Notes: generated from the letters alone by a model not told the origin. Positions 28,524-43,380 are shown, counted from the stretch's first letter. The stretch: DNA of 64,000 nt from Macrostomum hystrix (GCA_950097015.1 CATNEN010000038.1:30070001-30134000); one strand, 5' to 3'. Made by a program: numbers and translations.

Positions 28524-31500
28524 ATGTCTATGAACTTAGCCAGCCTGTCAGCGGAGTTGGATTATGTCGACCAAGCTGCTCGTGACGTCCTCGAGCGTAA
28601 TGAGAGGCAAGCTCTAAATCGTCTCGCTGGTGAGCGTCGAGACGAACTCAACCGCGTACTACGTCGAGTCGATCACGTGAGTGTGTCTTTAAGAGGGCCT
28701 ATTAATAAGCCATGTACAATCTATTCTTGCCTTTTTACGTAACCTACATTTAGATTTGCGCAAACTTTGAGAATTACGAAGCCTACGGAAATGGCAAGAC
28801 ATCAGTTGTCCAATTCGTGTCCGGATTGGTAAGATATGACCATTACTTTGTGGACAAAATCTAAAAATAACTCAAGTTTCGAGTTCTTTAACTTGGTTAT
28901 TAGCTATTCTGACAACTGTAGCCTAGTGTTAAGAAGCAACTTACTTCTGACCAAAAGGCCTGGTGTTGGAGTCTCAGCTCTGTAAAAGCTACTAATATTT
29001 GTTTTACTTTAGCAGGACACTTAGTTCCCTAGTGCTTCAGTTCTCCCAGCTGTAGAACTGGTACCAGTCACTGTTTTGTTTAGGGTAAGAATTTTCAGTT
29101 TGGCGTTGCTAAATTATCATACGCTATCGGTGTAATTTCTATTCCTATTCCGTGTTCTCGACGTGCGACACATTAAAATAATGATATTAATAATATATAA
29201 TTTGGTGACGCTAGACCTAGTGTCTAGACCTAGACTAATTTGGAGGCAATTCTGCCCATTTCGCTGACTCCTGAGCACACAAGCAAACAGGTGTGTACAT
29301 CTACCCTGACTTTCTCATCGTAATTCAGTGTACACTATGACTGTGCCTTGGAGGTTGGTCCTCAAGCACGTAAATTTCACGACAAGCCCCCAAGACTTTC
29401 CAAGACTCGCCGCGGAATCGAGCTCAGGGACCTTGGTGCGAGTGGCAAACGCGTAAACAGCTAAGAATGCTAATATTCAAAATTAAAAAACTCCATGCAG
29501 GCCGAACTTGAAAAGCTAGTCAGCGATCCGCAATCCAAGAAGAAATACCTTGACGACATAACGATCTTTGTTGTTGGCTATGAAAATAAATGCGACACCC
29601 GGTTGCACCTAATCGAACAAGTTAGCGAGGTGAGTCAACTAATGTAATGATTAGTTTTTTTATTTCATGATCACGCCTACAGGTAGGTTGTTTTCCTATT
29701 CAATTTATTCCTACACTTGAAGCATTATTTTTTCAGTTCCTATTAGAAAATCAAGCTCTATTTGACTCGGATTTGAGCAGCGCAGAGCAGCTCAACTTTG
29801 AAGAGCTCAATGCTAGCATGGAAAGTACAATATCAAGCGTCGGCGAGCTCAATTCCCGCCTGGGTGATCTTCATCGAGGCGTTGTCGAAGGTCTAGCGGC
29901 GCACTACAACTCCAAGGGTGCCCAAAAGTAAGTTCAGTTAGTATAGAAAATGATATTTAATGCCTTTTTAACTAAAATTCTATAATAAATCATTTTTTAG
30001 ACAAAAAAAGAAACTCGAGAAGGAATTGGAAGCGTTGAGAAAAGATTTCGGTGACTTGAGCGACAAACTGGTGCATCTGAACTCCGGTAAGTTAGCTATG
30101 GAGAAACTTTCTGAGTCGTAATTAACACTTGGAAATGAAAGCAATCATAAAGCTGTTTCCATTAGATGGCTTTTACAAGACTAAACTTCTAAAACACTTT
30201 TCTAGAACTAGCTGAATTCGCTGAACCTGTTCAAAAATGAAATTGAATCTCATAGGCCCGAAAAGTTGAGGTTTAAAATTAAAAAACGAATTCAATTGGC
30301 TGGTGGAAAAGTCTACCCTTAAGTATCAAACAAAAAATTTATTGGCTGGTAAAAACGTAACCCTTTAGTATCAAATAAAAATTCAATTGGCTGGTGGAAA
30401 AGTCTACCCTTATCAAACAAAATTTCAATTGGCTGGTGGAAAAGTCTACCCTTAAGTATCAAACAAAATTTCAATTGGCTGGTGGAAAAGTCTACCCTTA
30501 AGTATCAAACAAAATTTCAATTGGCTGGTGGAAAAGTCTACCCTTAAGTATCAAACAAAATTTCAATTGGCTGGTGGAAAGGTCTACCCTAAGAATCAAA
30601 CAAAATTTCAATTGGCTGGTGGAAAAGTCTACCCTTAAGTATCAAACAAAAATTCAATTGGCTGGTGGAAAAGTCAACCCTTAAGTATGAAACAAATTCA
30701 ATTGGCTGGCTATAGTAAACGAGCCCCATCTCCCCACTCCGATTTTAAACTAATTTAATTGGCTGGCGCCAAAATTTCTTCTTCGCTCCTATTGGCTACT
30801 CGTGCTTTTCAGAGCTGCAAGATCGCGATCTCAAAGCGCAACAGATGGCCCGCCAGATGGAGAATAAAAACGCCGAACTACAGAAACTGCGCGCCGCCGT
30901 CGAGATCAACAAAGCCGCGGCAGCCCAGCTGGCCGAGCTGCAGGCTGATCTAGAGCGTCGCTCCATCGAGATGGAGGCCGCCAAGGCTGAATTAGAGCGG
31001 CTCAAATTGGAAACAGGCGAGGAAATGCACCGCAACAAGCTGGAGATTGAACTGTTGCGCGATCAGACTGGAAAACTCCAGGTCCGCGACACTCTACTTA
31101 CTGCTAGAGTTATCAGTAGCTAGTTAAGCAAGTCATTAATAATATTAAACTTTTTTTCCAGAGTGAAATCGACGATTTAAAAGCGCAACTTAGCGATGCC
31201 CAGGCACAGTACAGGGCCGCTCAGAATGAACTGGAAGGTCAGTAACAAAAAAACAGTCATTCACAAAATTGAACCCGTGAGCTTGTGAACCCGTGAACTT
31301 GTGAACCCGTGAACTTGTGAACCCGTGAACTTGTGAACCCGTGAACTTGTGAACCCGTGAACTTGTGAACCCGTGAACTTGTGAACCCGTGAACTTGTGA
31401 ACCCGTGAACTTGTGAACCCGTGAACTTGTGAACCCGTGAACTTGTGAACCCGTGAACTTGTGAACCCGTGAACTTGTGAACCCGTGAACTTGTGAACCC

Positions 31501-34500
31501 GTGAACTTGTGAACCCGTGAACTTGTGAACCCGTGAACTTGTGAACCCGTGAACTTGTGAACCCGTGAACTTGTGAACCCGTGAACCCGTGAACTTGTGA
31601 ACCCGTGAACTTGTGAACCCATGAACTTGTGAACCCGTGAACTTGTGAACCCGTGAACTTGTGAACCCGTGAACTTGTGAACCCGTGAACTTGTGAACCC
31701 GTGAACTTGTGAACCCGTGAACCCGTGAACTTGTGAACCCGTGAACTTGTGAACCCGTGAACTTGTGAACCCGTGAACTTGTGAACCCGTGAACTTGTGA
31801 ACCCGTGAACTTGTGAACCCGTGAACTTGTGAACCCGTGAACTTGTGAACCCGTGAACTTGTGAACCCGTGAACTTGTGAACCCGTGAACTTGTGAACCC
31901 GTGAACTTGTGAACCCGTGAACTTGTGAACCCGTGAACTTGTGAACCCGTGAACTTGTGAACCCGTGAACTTGTGAACCCGTGAACTTGTGAACCCGTGA
32001 ACTTGTGAACCCGTGAACTTGTGAACCCGTGAACTTGTGAACCCGTGAACTTGTGAACCCGTGAACTTGTGAACCCGTGAACTTGTGAACCCGTGAACTT
32101 GTGAACCCGTGAACTTGTGAACCCGTGAACTTGTGAACCCGTGAACTTGTGAACCCGTGAACTTGTGAACCCGTGAACTTGTGAACCCGTGAACTTGTGA
32201 ACCCGTGAACTTGTGAACCCGTGAACTTGTGAACCCGTGAACTTGTGAACCCGTGAACTTGTGAACCCGTGAACTTGTGAACCCGTGAACTTGTGAACCC
32301 GTGAACTTGTGAACCCGTGAACTTGTGAACCCGTGAACTTGTGAACCCGTGAACTTGTGAACCCGTGAACTTGTGAACCCGTGAACTTGTGAACCCGTGA
32401 ACTTGTGAACCCGTGAACTTGTGAACCCGTGAACTTGTGAACCCGTGAACTTGTGAACCCGTGAACTTGTGAACCCGTGAACTTGTGAACCCGCAGAGCT
32501 ACGCGTGAGCAATGAAACTCGCCTAGCAAACGTGAAGGCCAAATACCGGCGCCAGATTTCATCAGCGAAGAGGCGACACGAAGATGAGTCGGCGAAGCTT
32601 CAAGTAAGAAATTTCTTTTAGCCTTCTAAAAAATCAATTTGTTGCATGGACTTAATTTTAACTTCCTTTTCATTGTGATGCAGAAGAGGACGTCTATTTT
32701 TTAGTTTCTAATTGTGAAGGCTTTTTAGTAACCAGAATAGAAATGGCGGGGAATTTCATTTTAAAGGAGTTCTTGCTGAGAAGCAGCCTATTGTTATTGC
32801 TTATCAAAGCATTGTTAATTCATACAGATAACGGATTTTTGATAAGTAAAGAAATTTCACATCAACAGTCGAAAATATATTAAAAACTAAATAATCTACC
32901 AGACACCTAATAATCTACCAGACACCTAATAATCTACCAGACACTAAATAATCTACCAGACACCAAATAATCTACCAGACACCAAATAATCTACCAGACA
33001 CCTAATAATCTACCAGACACCAAATAATCAACCGGAAAAACTTAATAATCTACCAGTCACCTAATAATCTACAAGACACCAAATAATCTACCAGACACCT
33101 AATAATCTACCAGACACCAAATAATCTACCAGACACCAAATAATCTACCAGACACCAAATAATCTACCAGACACCAAATAATCTACCAGACACCTAATAA
33201 TCTACCAGACACCTAATAATCTACCAGACACCTAATAATCTACCAGACACCAAATAATCTACCAGACACCTAATAATCTACCAGACACCAAATAATCTAC
33301 CAGACACCAAATAATCTACCAGACACCTAATAATCTACCAGACACCTAATAATCTACCAGACACCAAATAATCTACCAGACACCTAATAATCTACCAGAC
33401 ACCTCATAATCTACCAGACACCTAATAATCTACCAGACACCCAATAATCTACCAGACACCAAATAATCTACCAGACACCTAATAATCTACCAGACACCAA
33501 ATAATGTACCAGACACCTAATAATCTACCAGACACCTAATAATCTACAAGACACATAATAATCTACCAGACACCTAATAATGTACCAGACACCTAATAAT
33601 CTACCAGACACCAAATAATCTACCAGACACCTAATAATCTACCAGACACCTAATAATCTACCAGACACCTAATAATCTACCAGACACCAAATAATCTACC
33701 AGACACCAAATAATCTACCAGACACCAAATAATCTACCAGACACCTAATAATCTACAAGACACATAATAATCTACCAGACACCTAATAATCTGTACCAGA
33801 CACCTAATTATCTACCAGACACCTAATAATCTACCAGACACTAAATAATCTACCAGTCACCTAATAATCTACCAGACGCCTAACAATGTACCAGAAACAT
33901 AATAGCCTACCAGACAAATGTTATCTAACAAATGCTAGACAGATGTATGGACAAATTCGTTAAGCATTACTCATAGTAAATAAATTTTGTAGATATTTTT
34001 CATAACGAAATCTACACTTCTAAAATTTATTGACTAGATGCGAGAGAAATATTGAGCAGTCTATAAGCTCACTCTAGCTCAAACCACTATAGGTGAGATG
34101 TTAGTTGCTAAGGGATAGTTGAAGGGGGGCTGTTTCTGAAACTGATTTTAGAAGACATTGTCAATGCTTAACTCCGTACAATAGTGTCTGGACCCTTAGC
34201 ACAATAGCACACACACGCAAACATTCTTTCTTCACTTGAATTAAAAGAAAATTAGCATTTACCATACTCGCCTGGCTATACAATAGAATTAAGAATATAG
34301 TGGATGGGACTGCCTGTCTTTCATTTCTAGTCTTTCTCGCCATTTACCTTTCGTGGCTCTTATTAAGGTTGCGGTGCAAGTTAACCCTAGCTGTTATTCC
34401 ACACATCTCTACCTATGGCCAAAGTGAGGCCTACCCTATTCCCTATAGCTAATGGTCTTTTCTTGGTTAGTACAGGTTTGAGAACAGGCTTGTAGAAATA

Positions 34501-37500
34501 CAACGGAAAAATTGAAGTCCACGCGCACGCACACACACTCTCTCAGACTCTAACCCAGTCTGTTGTCAAGGCCCGTACCGACAAATAGCTAGCCCTTCTA
34601 GCCCTTCAGACCAATCCAATCCACTCTATGCATTTTGGCTGTGCATTTCTTGTGAGACTAGTGAGATCAAGATATATAATTCGCAACGGTAGTCTCGTAA
34701 GCTATTCGTTGAACGAATACAACTTTTTTAGATTTGAAAGATAAATATTTTGAGTCTTGAATCATGTCGTCTATGGGCCTAGCCTTCGGCAGTACATTGT
34801 CTTCTGCCTCTCTAATGCGACCACCGCCTGGTCTGATAGACCTGCGCCAGTTTATAGACCAACAGGCGCCAAACTATAGCACAGAGAAAGAAGCAGATTA
34901 TAGGAGGTCGCTGAAGAAGGTGAAATTTGATTTTTTAATTGATTTTGCGTAAGTTGTCACCTTTCTTATTGTTACTTGCAGGAAGAGTTAAGAAAGGCTT
35001 ACGCTGAAATGGTAAAAAACGTGATGTGCCAACTATTTAGCATCCTACTAGTACTGTCTGTCGCGAGTCTTTTGTTTCAACTATTTCAGACAGGTTCTGA
35101 GTTAATTATCTTAACTAGTTACCATTGCCTTTGTTCTCTCTCTCTAGCTACACGTTTGCAGTGCTTGGAACTGTATTTTTAGAAATCTGCTTTTTATTTC
35201 GGTGACTAATTTTCAGATTTATTTTCAAATTGGCGCGCTTTTTCGTTTCAGATGCGGAGCCTTTAACAAAACGCAGCATTGGTAGTTTACAGTTGATTTG
35301 TCAGCTTTGTTTTAAAACAGTTTGTCTAACTTCCTTTGCGCAATTAGTACTGTCAGTAACAATGCTTCTGTCAGCTCACGAATATTAAGTCACTTTTGTT
35401 AAAATTCACTAATGTTTTATTCGAAAAGCTTGCGCGATTTCAAAATGTTATTCTACTGCACACAGAGGTCTATCTTGGTCGACTCTACCTACCAGACACG
35501 CCTAATAAATTTCAGCGACGAATCAAGGAAGACTTTTATGGGCCCGGAAACCGCAGCTTTAGTGCAGCGTCTGTAAGGAAGATCGAACTCGCGACGTCAT
35601 AAATATTCAAGATTATTTAACGTTTTACTATTTTATTACTTTTATTATTACTTTTAAAAGCTTTAAAGATAGAAATAGTCATTAGCTATCTTACTGCCAA
35701 AGCATAGTGGGCTAAACAGTAGGTTCCTCCGCTGTCTACGCTACCACCTACTGTACTATCTACTCGAATATCTACTCTAGCATATACTCTAATACTTACT
35801 TCACATTATTTATTTTACGATTCACTTTACTATACAGTCTACCATCCGCTCTACTATCTAGCCCTCTAAAATGTACTCTAATTTCTACTCTAATATATTC
35901 TCTTCAATCTAATTCACTATAATAATCTTGATGATCAACTTAACTATGTACTTCTCTACTTACCCTACCATCTACTCTAATATCTTGTATTGTATCTACT
36001 CTACAATCGTCTCCACGTTCTACTCTACAATGTACTCTACTAAGTAGAATCGTTTAACTTAGATAAATGATCGCATTTTTTATTCATGTACACCTTGGCT
36101 ATAATGGAAAACTTTGTTATCAATTATAGTCAGCTTTTCGTGTCTTTAATAGTATTCAATAATTTCAAGGCATGCATGCAACTCAAAGGTTTAACAGTAC
36201 TATCGTTCTTATAAGGAGGTAGTTGGCAAACTGTTGCTTATAGTTTCTTTGCATAATTCCCTCTTTTTTGCTTGCAATGTCTCTCTTCGCTTTTTTAATG
36301 CTTGAGTAAGATATAGGACTGCTCTACTTTCAAAGCAAGCGGCACAATGTTTGTATAGTGCCCTATCAATTAATCGAGCGGAAAAACGCAGCATGTTTAA
36401 ACTATGCTTTGCTTTGTTCTTCAAAATGTTTGCGTCGATCGCTTTTTTAGTCAAATGATACGAGAACGCTGTGATAGAAAGCTAAAAACACTTCAATGAC
36501 GCAACCATTTCTATTCCAACAGAGTCGAGCTGAGTCGGAATTCGATGAGAACAAACAGACCATATTTGTGCCTGAAGAGGACGAAAGAGTTAGCCGAATG
36601 GTGAGAAAGTTTTGTTCATATCGGTGTCTTCATTTTTCTTGATTTTCTACCCATTAACGACAACCACCTCACGCCTTGACTCTGCACTAAAATCAGCCAC
36701 CCCACACCCGACCGACCCTGCACTCTCGTCCCCTCAATGTACATTGTCTATTTCTTAATAATTTCTACCCACTAACATCAGCCACCCCACACCCGACCGA
36801 CCCTGCACTCTCGTCCCCTCAATGTACATTGTCTATTTCTTTAATACTTTCTACCCACTAACATCAGCCACCCCACACCCGACCGACCCAGCACTCTCGT
36901 CCCCTCAATGTACATTGTCTATTTTTTAATAATTTCTACCCACTAACATCAGCCACCCCACACCCGACCGACCCAGCACTCTCGTCCCCTCAATGTACAT
37001 TGTCTATTTCTTAATACTTTCTATCCATTTACAGTAGCCACCTCACGCCCTGACCCTGGATGCTCTTCCCCTCAATGTATATTCCTTATTTCTTTTAACA
37101 CTTTCTACCCACCTTAACAGCAGCCACGTCATGCCCTGACCCTTCAAAGCCGTCCCATTACACTACCATTAAATAGCCACCTCTTCTTATCGCATAGTAC
37201 ATAGATGACCATAAAAGCAAGGTCAAATTTAAAACTATATGGACGAAAAAAGAATTACCATTCTTTTCTCTACTTATTTACTATGAACTTTCAGTCAAGC
37301 AATGAATCGCATCTAATAGATACCATCGATTCATTAGACGACGATATTGACAGTGTCATTTTGACCGTCGCTGATTGTCAAACTGACCAATTGTCGCTGG
37401 ATGACGCGTGTGTGTCCACTGATGATTTGGTCGGTTTTTAATATGTTTCAAGTGTTTCATAATTTCATTATATCAGAAGTGTCAAGCTTGTCAATCTTTC

Positions 37501-40500
37501 CATTTTTTGTTCTCCAATTTGTTACATTTTTTAATTAACATGTTTATAATTTATATATCTTTAGTTTTCATGCACATCTGAATGCTGTGTGTTATGCACA
37601 AATCAAATCTTTTTGTTAAACGGTTAAGTTTTTGTACCCAATTTCAAATTTTTGGGGCATGAGCTAGCTGCTTCTTAAAGTTGTAGCTTCATTTCAAAGC
37701 CAGCGTGATATTGGAAAACAGGTTTTTACAATTATTTGTTTTCTTAGAAATTCTTCGAGAAGGTTAATAAAAGTATTTTATACCGCTTCAGCATAGTCTA
37801 CACGCCATTCTAATTTTAGCCAACGGAAGAAGACGTCATGGAGTTTGAGACAGAAATCGCTTTCGAAGACGATGCAGCTTGGGTGAGTTACACTTTGAAA
37901 AAACTGACAAAACTATGTTCACGCTTAACTCTTTGCTGGAAAACTCATCCCACGCTCGACTCTCATTGGACAAAACAAACGCAAAAACCAGAACCCACCT
38001 CACCCTTCTCTCATTCTACTGGACGGAATTCTAAACTCTCCCCACCTCACTCCAGCCTAATCCGATTGGCCTGAATTTTTTTCACTGCACACTCTCACTG
38101 TAATCTCTCGCTTCCCCCAAGAATAAATCACGGTCAACCAATCCACCCATCGCGCATCAACCAGGACGCCGTGCCTCGCTCTCATCGTCGCGGCCGCTTC
38201 GCCCAGTACCGCGGCCTGGCTCGGGCCAACCTCGCCCAGACCGTCGAGCAGGGTCGGCAACGCTCCGAGCGCAAGATTCTGCAGCTCAAGTCGCGCTTCA
38301 ACGAGTTCAAAGCGCAATGGGACGAGGAGCGCCAGGGCTTGGAGTTGTCGGTTCGGGAGGCTGAACGCGAAACGGAAGACGCCAAGCGAAAGGCCGAATT
38401 GGCAGTCCGAAAATTGGAAGAGCTTTACGAGAGGTTCAAGGTAACTATTATAATTAATATTAATGATTAATTTCACCTGCCCTAACTGGGCCAGATGTGA
38501 AGCCGACAGCACAGCCAAAGCGGCGCAAAACGCGGCGCATCTGAAGGCTGCGTGTACAGCTGTTCAGTCCATGGACAGGAGGGACGCCACACCCACCCTC
38601 AATTACCCAGCTGATGCTTGTACCCATTTAAAATCTGGGTGAACTGAAGCAATGCAGAGTTAAGAGGCTTTCTAAAGGACACGAGTTGTTCCAGTGGAAT
38701 CGGGAATCGAACCCATGACCTTCACGAGCCCAGCTCGATGCCCTGGGCTACGAATTCCTAGGGCGTAGGCTAAAAACTATTAAATTGTCATGAAAAATGC
38801 AATTCAGACTACTTAAAGTACCATAAGCAAACAGCAATTTGCGTATTCGGACTAGAAAAATTATCACAACTTTCATAATAAACCAATTTTGCAGTTAAAT
38901 AGTTGCCAACAGGTCACTGTTGACACACAGACTGTCACACACGAGACAGCAGAACCAGCTCAGAATGTTTATGCTGTTGATGTTACAACATTTACTGATA
39001 TTTTGGTTTGTGTTCTTCGGTTGTGCAAACAAAGATGGTTTTGTTTTAACTTTTGCCCTAGGGTTTGGTCAATACCGCCAGTTTTGCCTGCATGCCAACT
39101 GCTTCGGCTCTGAAAAATAAAGGACGTTTGCAAATGCGCAGATTAAGAGTACATTTAAATTAACATAAAATCATCTATGAAAATTTCCGGCATTAGACAC
39201 ATCAAATTTTTACAGTGTGTAAATCCTGAAATTTCTCTTGTAAATGTAAACAAAATCAATATTTTTCAGAGACTAAGCAGTTTTTTTAGTACTCTTAATT
39301 GTGCTTGTCTCAAAGCTTTAAGCAATTTAAGTCTGTCTCATTGTGTTTTGGAGCACAAGAAACTCGCGTGATTTCTTTTTATCTGGATTTGGGTAACAAT
39401 TATACTGCCTAGTTTGATAATGACCTTTCAAATAATAATACAGAGGTTTTGGGGATAAAAATTGTTTTTTTAATTGAAATAGTGACATTTTCCGGTGTTA
39501 GAACAATTTTAATTTATAACAAAAATGTAAAAATCGCTTTACGACGCTTTTGGTGGTGGAAATCTGTTAACATAGCTATGCGGGAAAATCCCTCTATTCC
39601 TTTGATACGTCAAACAAAATCTAAAAAGAAATAGAACCTAACAATAAAGCCAAAAATGTGAAATCTTTGTTATCAAATAAATAAAAAACTATTTCGAAGA
39701 AACCAAGACTTTTGTTTGACTGAAATTTACATTTTTTGTAAGTCACGCTTAGCGAAGGCTGATTACGAGGACACGAGTTCGACTCAGTTAGCTCAAGAAT
39801 ATAATTTTTACCGAAGAAACCGGAAAAAAAGCGAAAAGCAATCATGAAGTAAAATTCCATTAAAAATACGCTGCTGTTGTGATTTCCAGGAAACGCAGAG
39901 TCTCTCGAACGCCGACAGCGGGGAACTTCAGGCCCGCATCGGGCAGCTGCACGTCGACAAGAGCCAGCTAGAGACACGGGTTGAGGATCTGGAGCACGAG
40001 CTGCGTGTGCTCAGTCAGCTGCTCAAACAGGCGGCCAAGGAGAAGGAGGAGGCCGAGAAGAAGCTGGCCGAGGCTGCTGCCGCCGCTGCTTCATCGTCTG
40101 TGGTAAGCTCAGCTTGTCTCTACTCAAGCCCAGTGAGACTGTACACGTGCAATTACAAAATTCTGGTGAAGGTGCGGCAGCCCTGATCAAATGAAAGGTA
40201 CCAGAGCCCTAAATGATTATGTTTTACCGATTGTTACAGAGGAGCACACAATATGCCGTACAGAAACGCCATAGAGGGCCTGCAGCGAGTGAAGTGCAGA
40301 AGCAACCAGCTCTGATAATCAGTCGCAAAAAGTTGCTGATGATGCCGGCAGTAGTGCGTTGCGCATTTTCAATTCCGATTTTTTTTCAATGTTATTTTAA
40401 GTTCTTCGTTGTTTTGAGTAGCATTCTATTTTAACTAATAATGTCAAGAAAATGAACAGAAAAAGTAGAATTTTATAGTTTCAATGCATCGATGCACGAT

Positions 40501-41121
40501 AAATTTATTAAGTTTTTAGTTACTAGGTAGCGAATTTCACTGACGGTTAAAAAATGATGCTTCATCGATTTTGAAACTCATTCTTATTTGGGAGGTTAAA
40601 AAGAATCGAGAAAATCACCTGTCTTCTTAGCTCCAGTAGACAGGTTAAAAACACCGGTTAAGAGTTTTAAAAGTACAAAAGACGAGCGATATTCGTCAAC
40701 TCGCCAATCGAATAAAAACCTGGATCGAGAGAGACGCGAAGTCTCAATCAGTTTGGATAAAAATCTTTTTAAAAAGCGGTTCGAGTAGGAGAGTAAAATG
40801 GTTAAAAATAGTTGCCAAATGGCGTCGACAGTTTTGTAGTCGATGAAAATAAAAGAATAAAAGAATGTTAAAATAGCTTGCATGCACTAATTGAGCAAAG
40901 GTAAAACCTAATTTGGATAAAAATAGATCAGTTCTAAATATGAAATCTTCAAGGTAAAAAGTAGGGTCAAAAGGTAAAAAATAATTGTCGGATAAAATTT
41001 CCAATCGACTTCCGCAGCCTAGTCAATTAGTCGACCCAGTCTCTGCCACCGTAGCAAGCGGTCGACAGCAGGCCAGCAATGTAGGAGCCAGCGTGACCTT
41101 GCAGGGGCCTCGCCACCGCTG

Positions 41122-41158
<37 letters not shown>

Positions 41159-43308
41159 ATAATGGAGATAGTGCCCAGGTGGGCTGTTGCCTTGGGAAGC
41201 GTAGCCGGCATCATCAAATGATGAAGTCGACGAGTATTGCTCGCGTAGGTGACTAGTCTTCACAATGGGTCGGCGTGGCTGTTGTTGTTGCTGTTGCTGT
41301 TGCTGCTTTGAGAGTCCGTCACAGCAAGCAGAAGCTGTGTGTGGTGATGTCTGCTGTTGCTGTTGCTTCTGCTGCTGCTGCCGTTTCAGTTGCTTCTGAA
41401 GTCCGCCACTTCGCCTAGGCGGCTGTTGAGCTTCGTCCAGCAGCAGTTTTTCCACCTGACGACGCTTGGCCGCCTCGGTGTCCGGGGCCAGGCCCCAGCG
41501 GATCTGGCACAGGCAGGGCTCCTCTTCAGCCGGATCGTCCTGCTCAACGCTGCCTTTCTTCTTGGCTGCAGCCGAAGCGGCAGAAGCGGCAGTCGACGGT
41601 GCAGCTAGACGCTTGGCAGCAGCTTCAAGTTGACGATTTCGCTGGCAAGTGGCCTGAGCCAGCAATTGATCCGCGTCGGACATTGCGCACGGATCCAATC
41701 GTCTGAGTTCCAACGCGAACGGCAAACTGAACTGCGTGCTCCAACGGCCGACCTCCCAGACCCAACTGTTGTCCAAGCCTGGGTCCTGGACAGACTGCCA
41801 GTGGTACAGGGCCGAGCCTAGCAGTTTCTCGTGCTCCTGCTGTTCGGGTAGCTCACGCCACAGGCCGGCGGCCTGCTGGAGGCCGCAGTCCAGACGATCT
41901 AGGATCTGCATCTCCTGACAAGTCATAGGAATGAAAGCGGTCCGTTCGCCAATTTTAATATCGGCTTCGGTGGTTGCTGTGACGCTGGCGATGCTGTCCG
42001 AATTGATTAGCTCTGAGTCAAGCTGACTGCTGGTGGCTATGGCAGCATCAAGTCCAGTAGGAATCTCCACAGTTAGTGGCCTATTCGGCGAGATAAGTTG
42101 ATGTCTAGGCATGTCTGGGTTTCTTAGCAGCTTTTGTCCGATGTTTTCTGCTAGCTGACTGTGAAAATTGGAAGAATGCTCAGAATAGTAGCCGCAAATA
42201 ACCAGAACTAGATGCTTATATTATTTCCAAAGCCCTGACTAGCTGCATTAGCAAGTTCAAGCCAAGATTTTTTTAAAGTCGGCGCGCCAGCCAATCGGAA
42301 GCGGGCACGCCCACCCCGTTTTCACATCAATCAACTCTTTCTAAACTCAATAAATGTACATATTCTCTTACCCTTTGAAAAACCCTTCGCTCCTATTGGC
42401 TGGGGGGTTAAAAAGCCGACTTATCAATGTACTGCACATCTCGCTTTAGTTCAAATCTACAATGAAGCATATTTTATTAATTTATCTGAAAAAATCAACG
42501 CATTTTTGTGTATTGTGTCTAATTGTCGTTTTGTCCAGTAAACCAAATTCACGTTACGCTCGTAAATTTGTCTATTGTAAAATACGATCGTAAAATAACG
42601 ATTTTTAATACAAAAAATCATTTTCGTCTTAATCTAAAGTTCCTTTCATTGTCAGTACTTGTCATTATAATATTTTTAACCGTCAACTATGACCGCTTAC
42701 ACATAAACTATCTTCTATTCCTGTAATTAACAGCACGAGGCAACAACAGTGTCGAGACCGAGGACTGACGACGATCCTTTCGTGGACATTCAAAGCGATG
42801 AAGAGGGTAGCAGTGTTGACATTCCGTTTCCGGATGACGCTATGCAGGGTGCGTCAGATTTTTACTCTTTGTTTATTCATAATAGTGAATCAATTAAAAA
42901 GTATCGCAAACTTAAATTACAGATGGCGGGTGAGTCACCACAATCCCTAAGACCGAAAGGATAGCGACAACTTCTGGTAAAATAATTCTCACGAGTGCTT
43001 CGATTGAAATTCTTAATCAATTTCTGTCTAGTTTATTGGTTGATTGATCTAATGACTAATCAAGTAAATTGATTGTTTTATTGATTAGTTGGTCACTCTT
43101 AGAGTGGAGCCAATGGTGACGTCAGAACCCCCACCTCACGCCTCTTCTCTTCTTGCGTGCCACGTTTTTATTGGCTATCAATCCACTGTCCAATAAGATT
43201 TGAGAGCCAATGCAGACTTAAATGTTCATAATTATCATTAATAAAAAATATATTTTCTGACAGGATGATTTTTCCAGCAAGTCGGCAACCGTTGCAATCC
43301 ATTCCACT

Positions 43309-43380
<72 letters not shown>

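Noticed and set aside
40240-40355. Possible extra phase-0 cassette exon of the FAM186-like gene (similarly 38895-39005)
   Set aside because: Splice signals are plausible, but the exon is not needed for frame and has no recognisable content, so it cannot be supported without transcripts.
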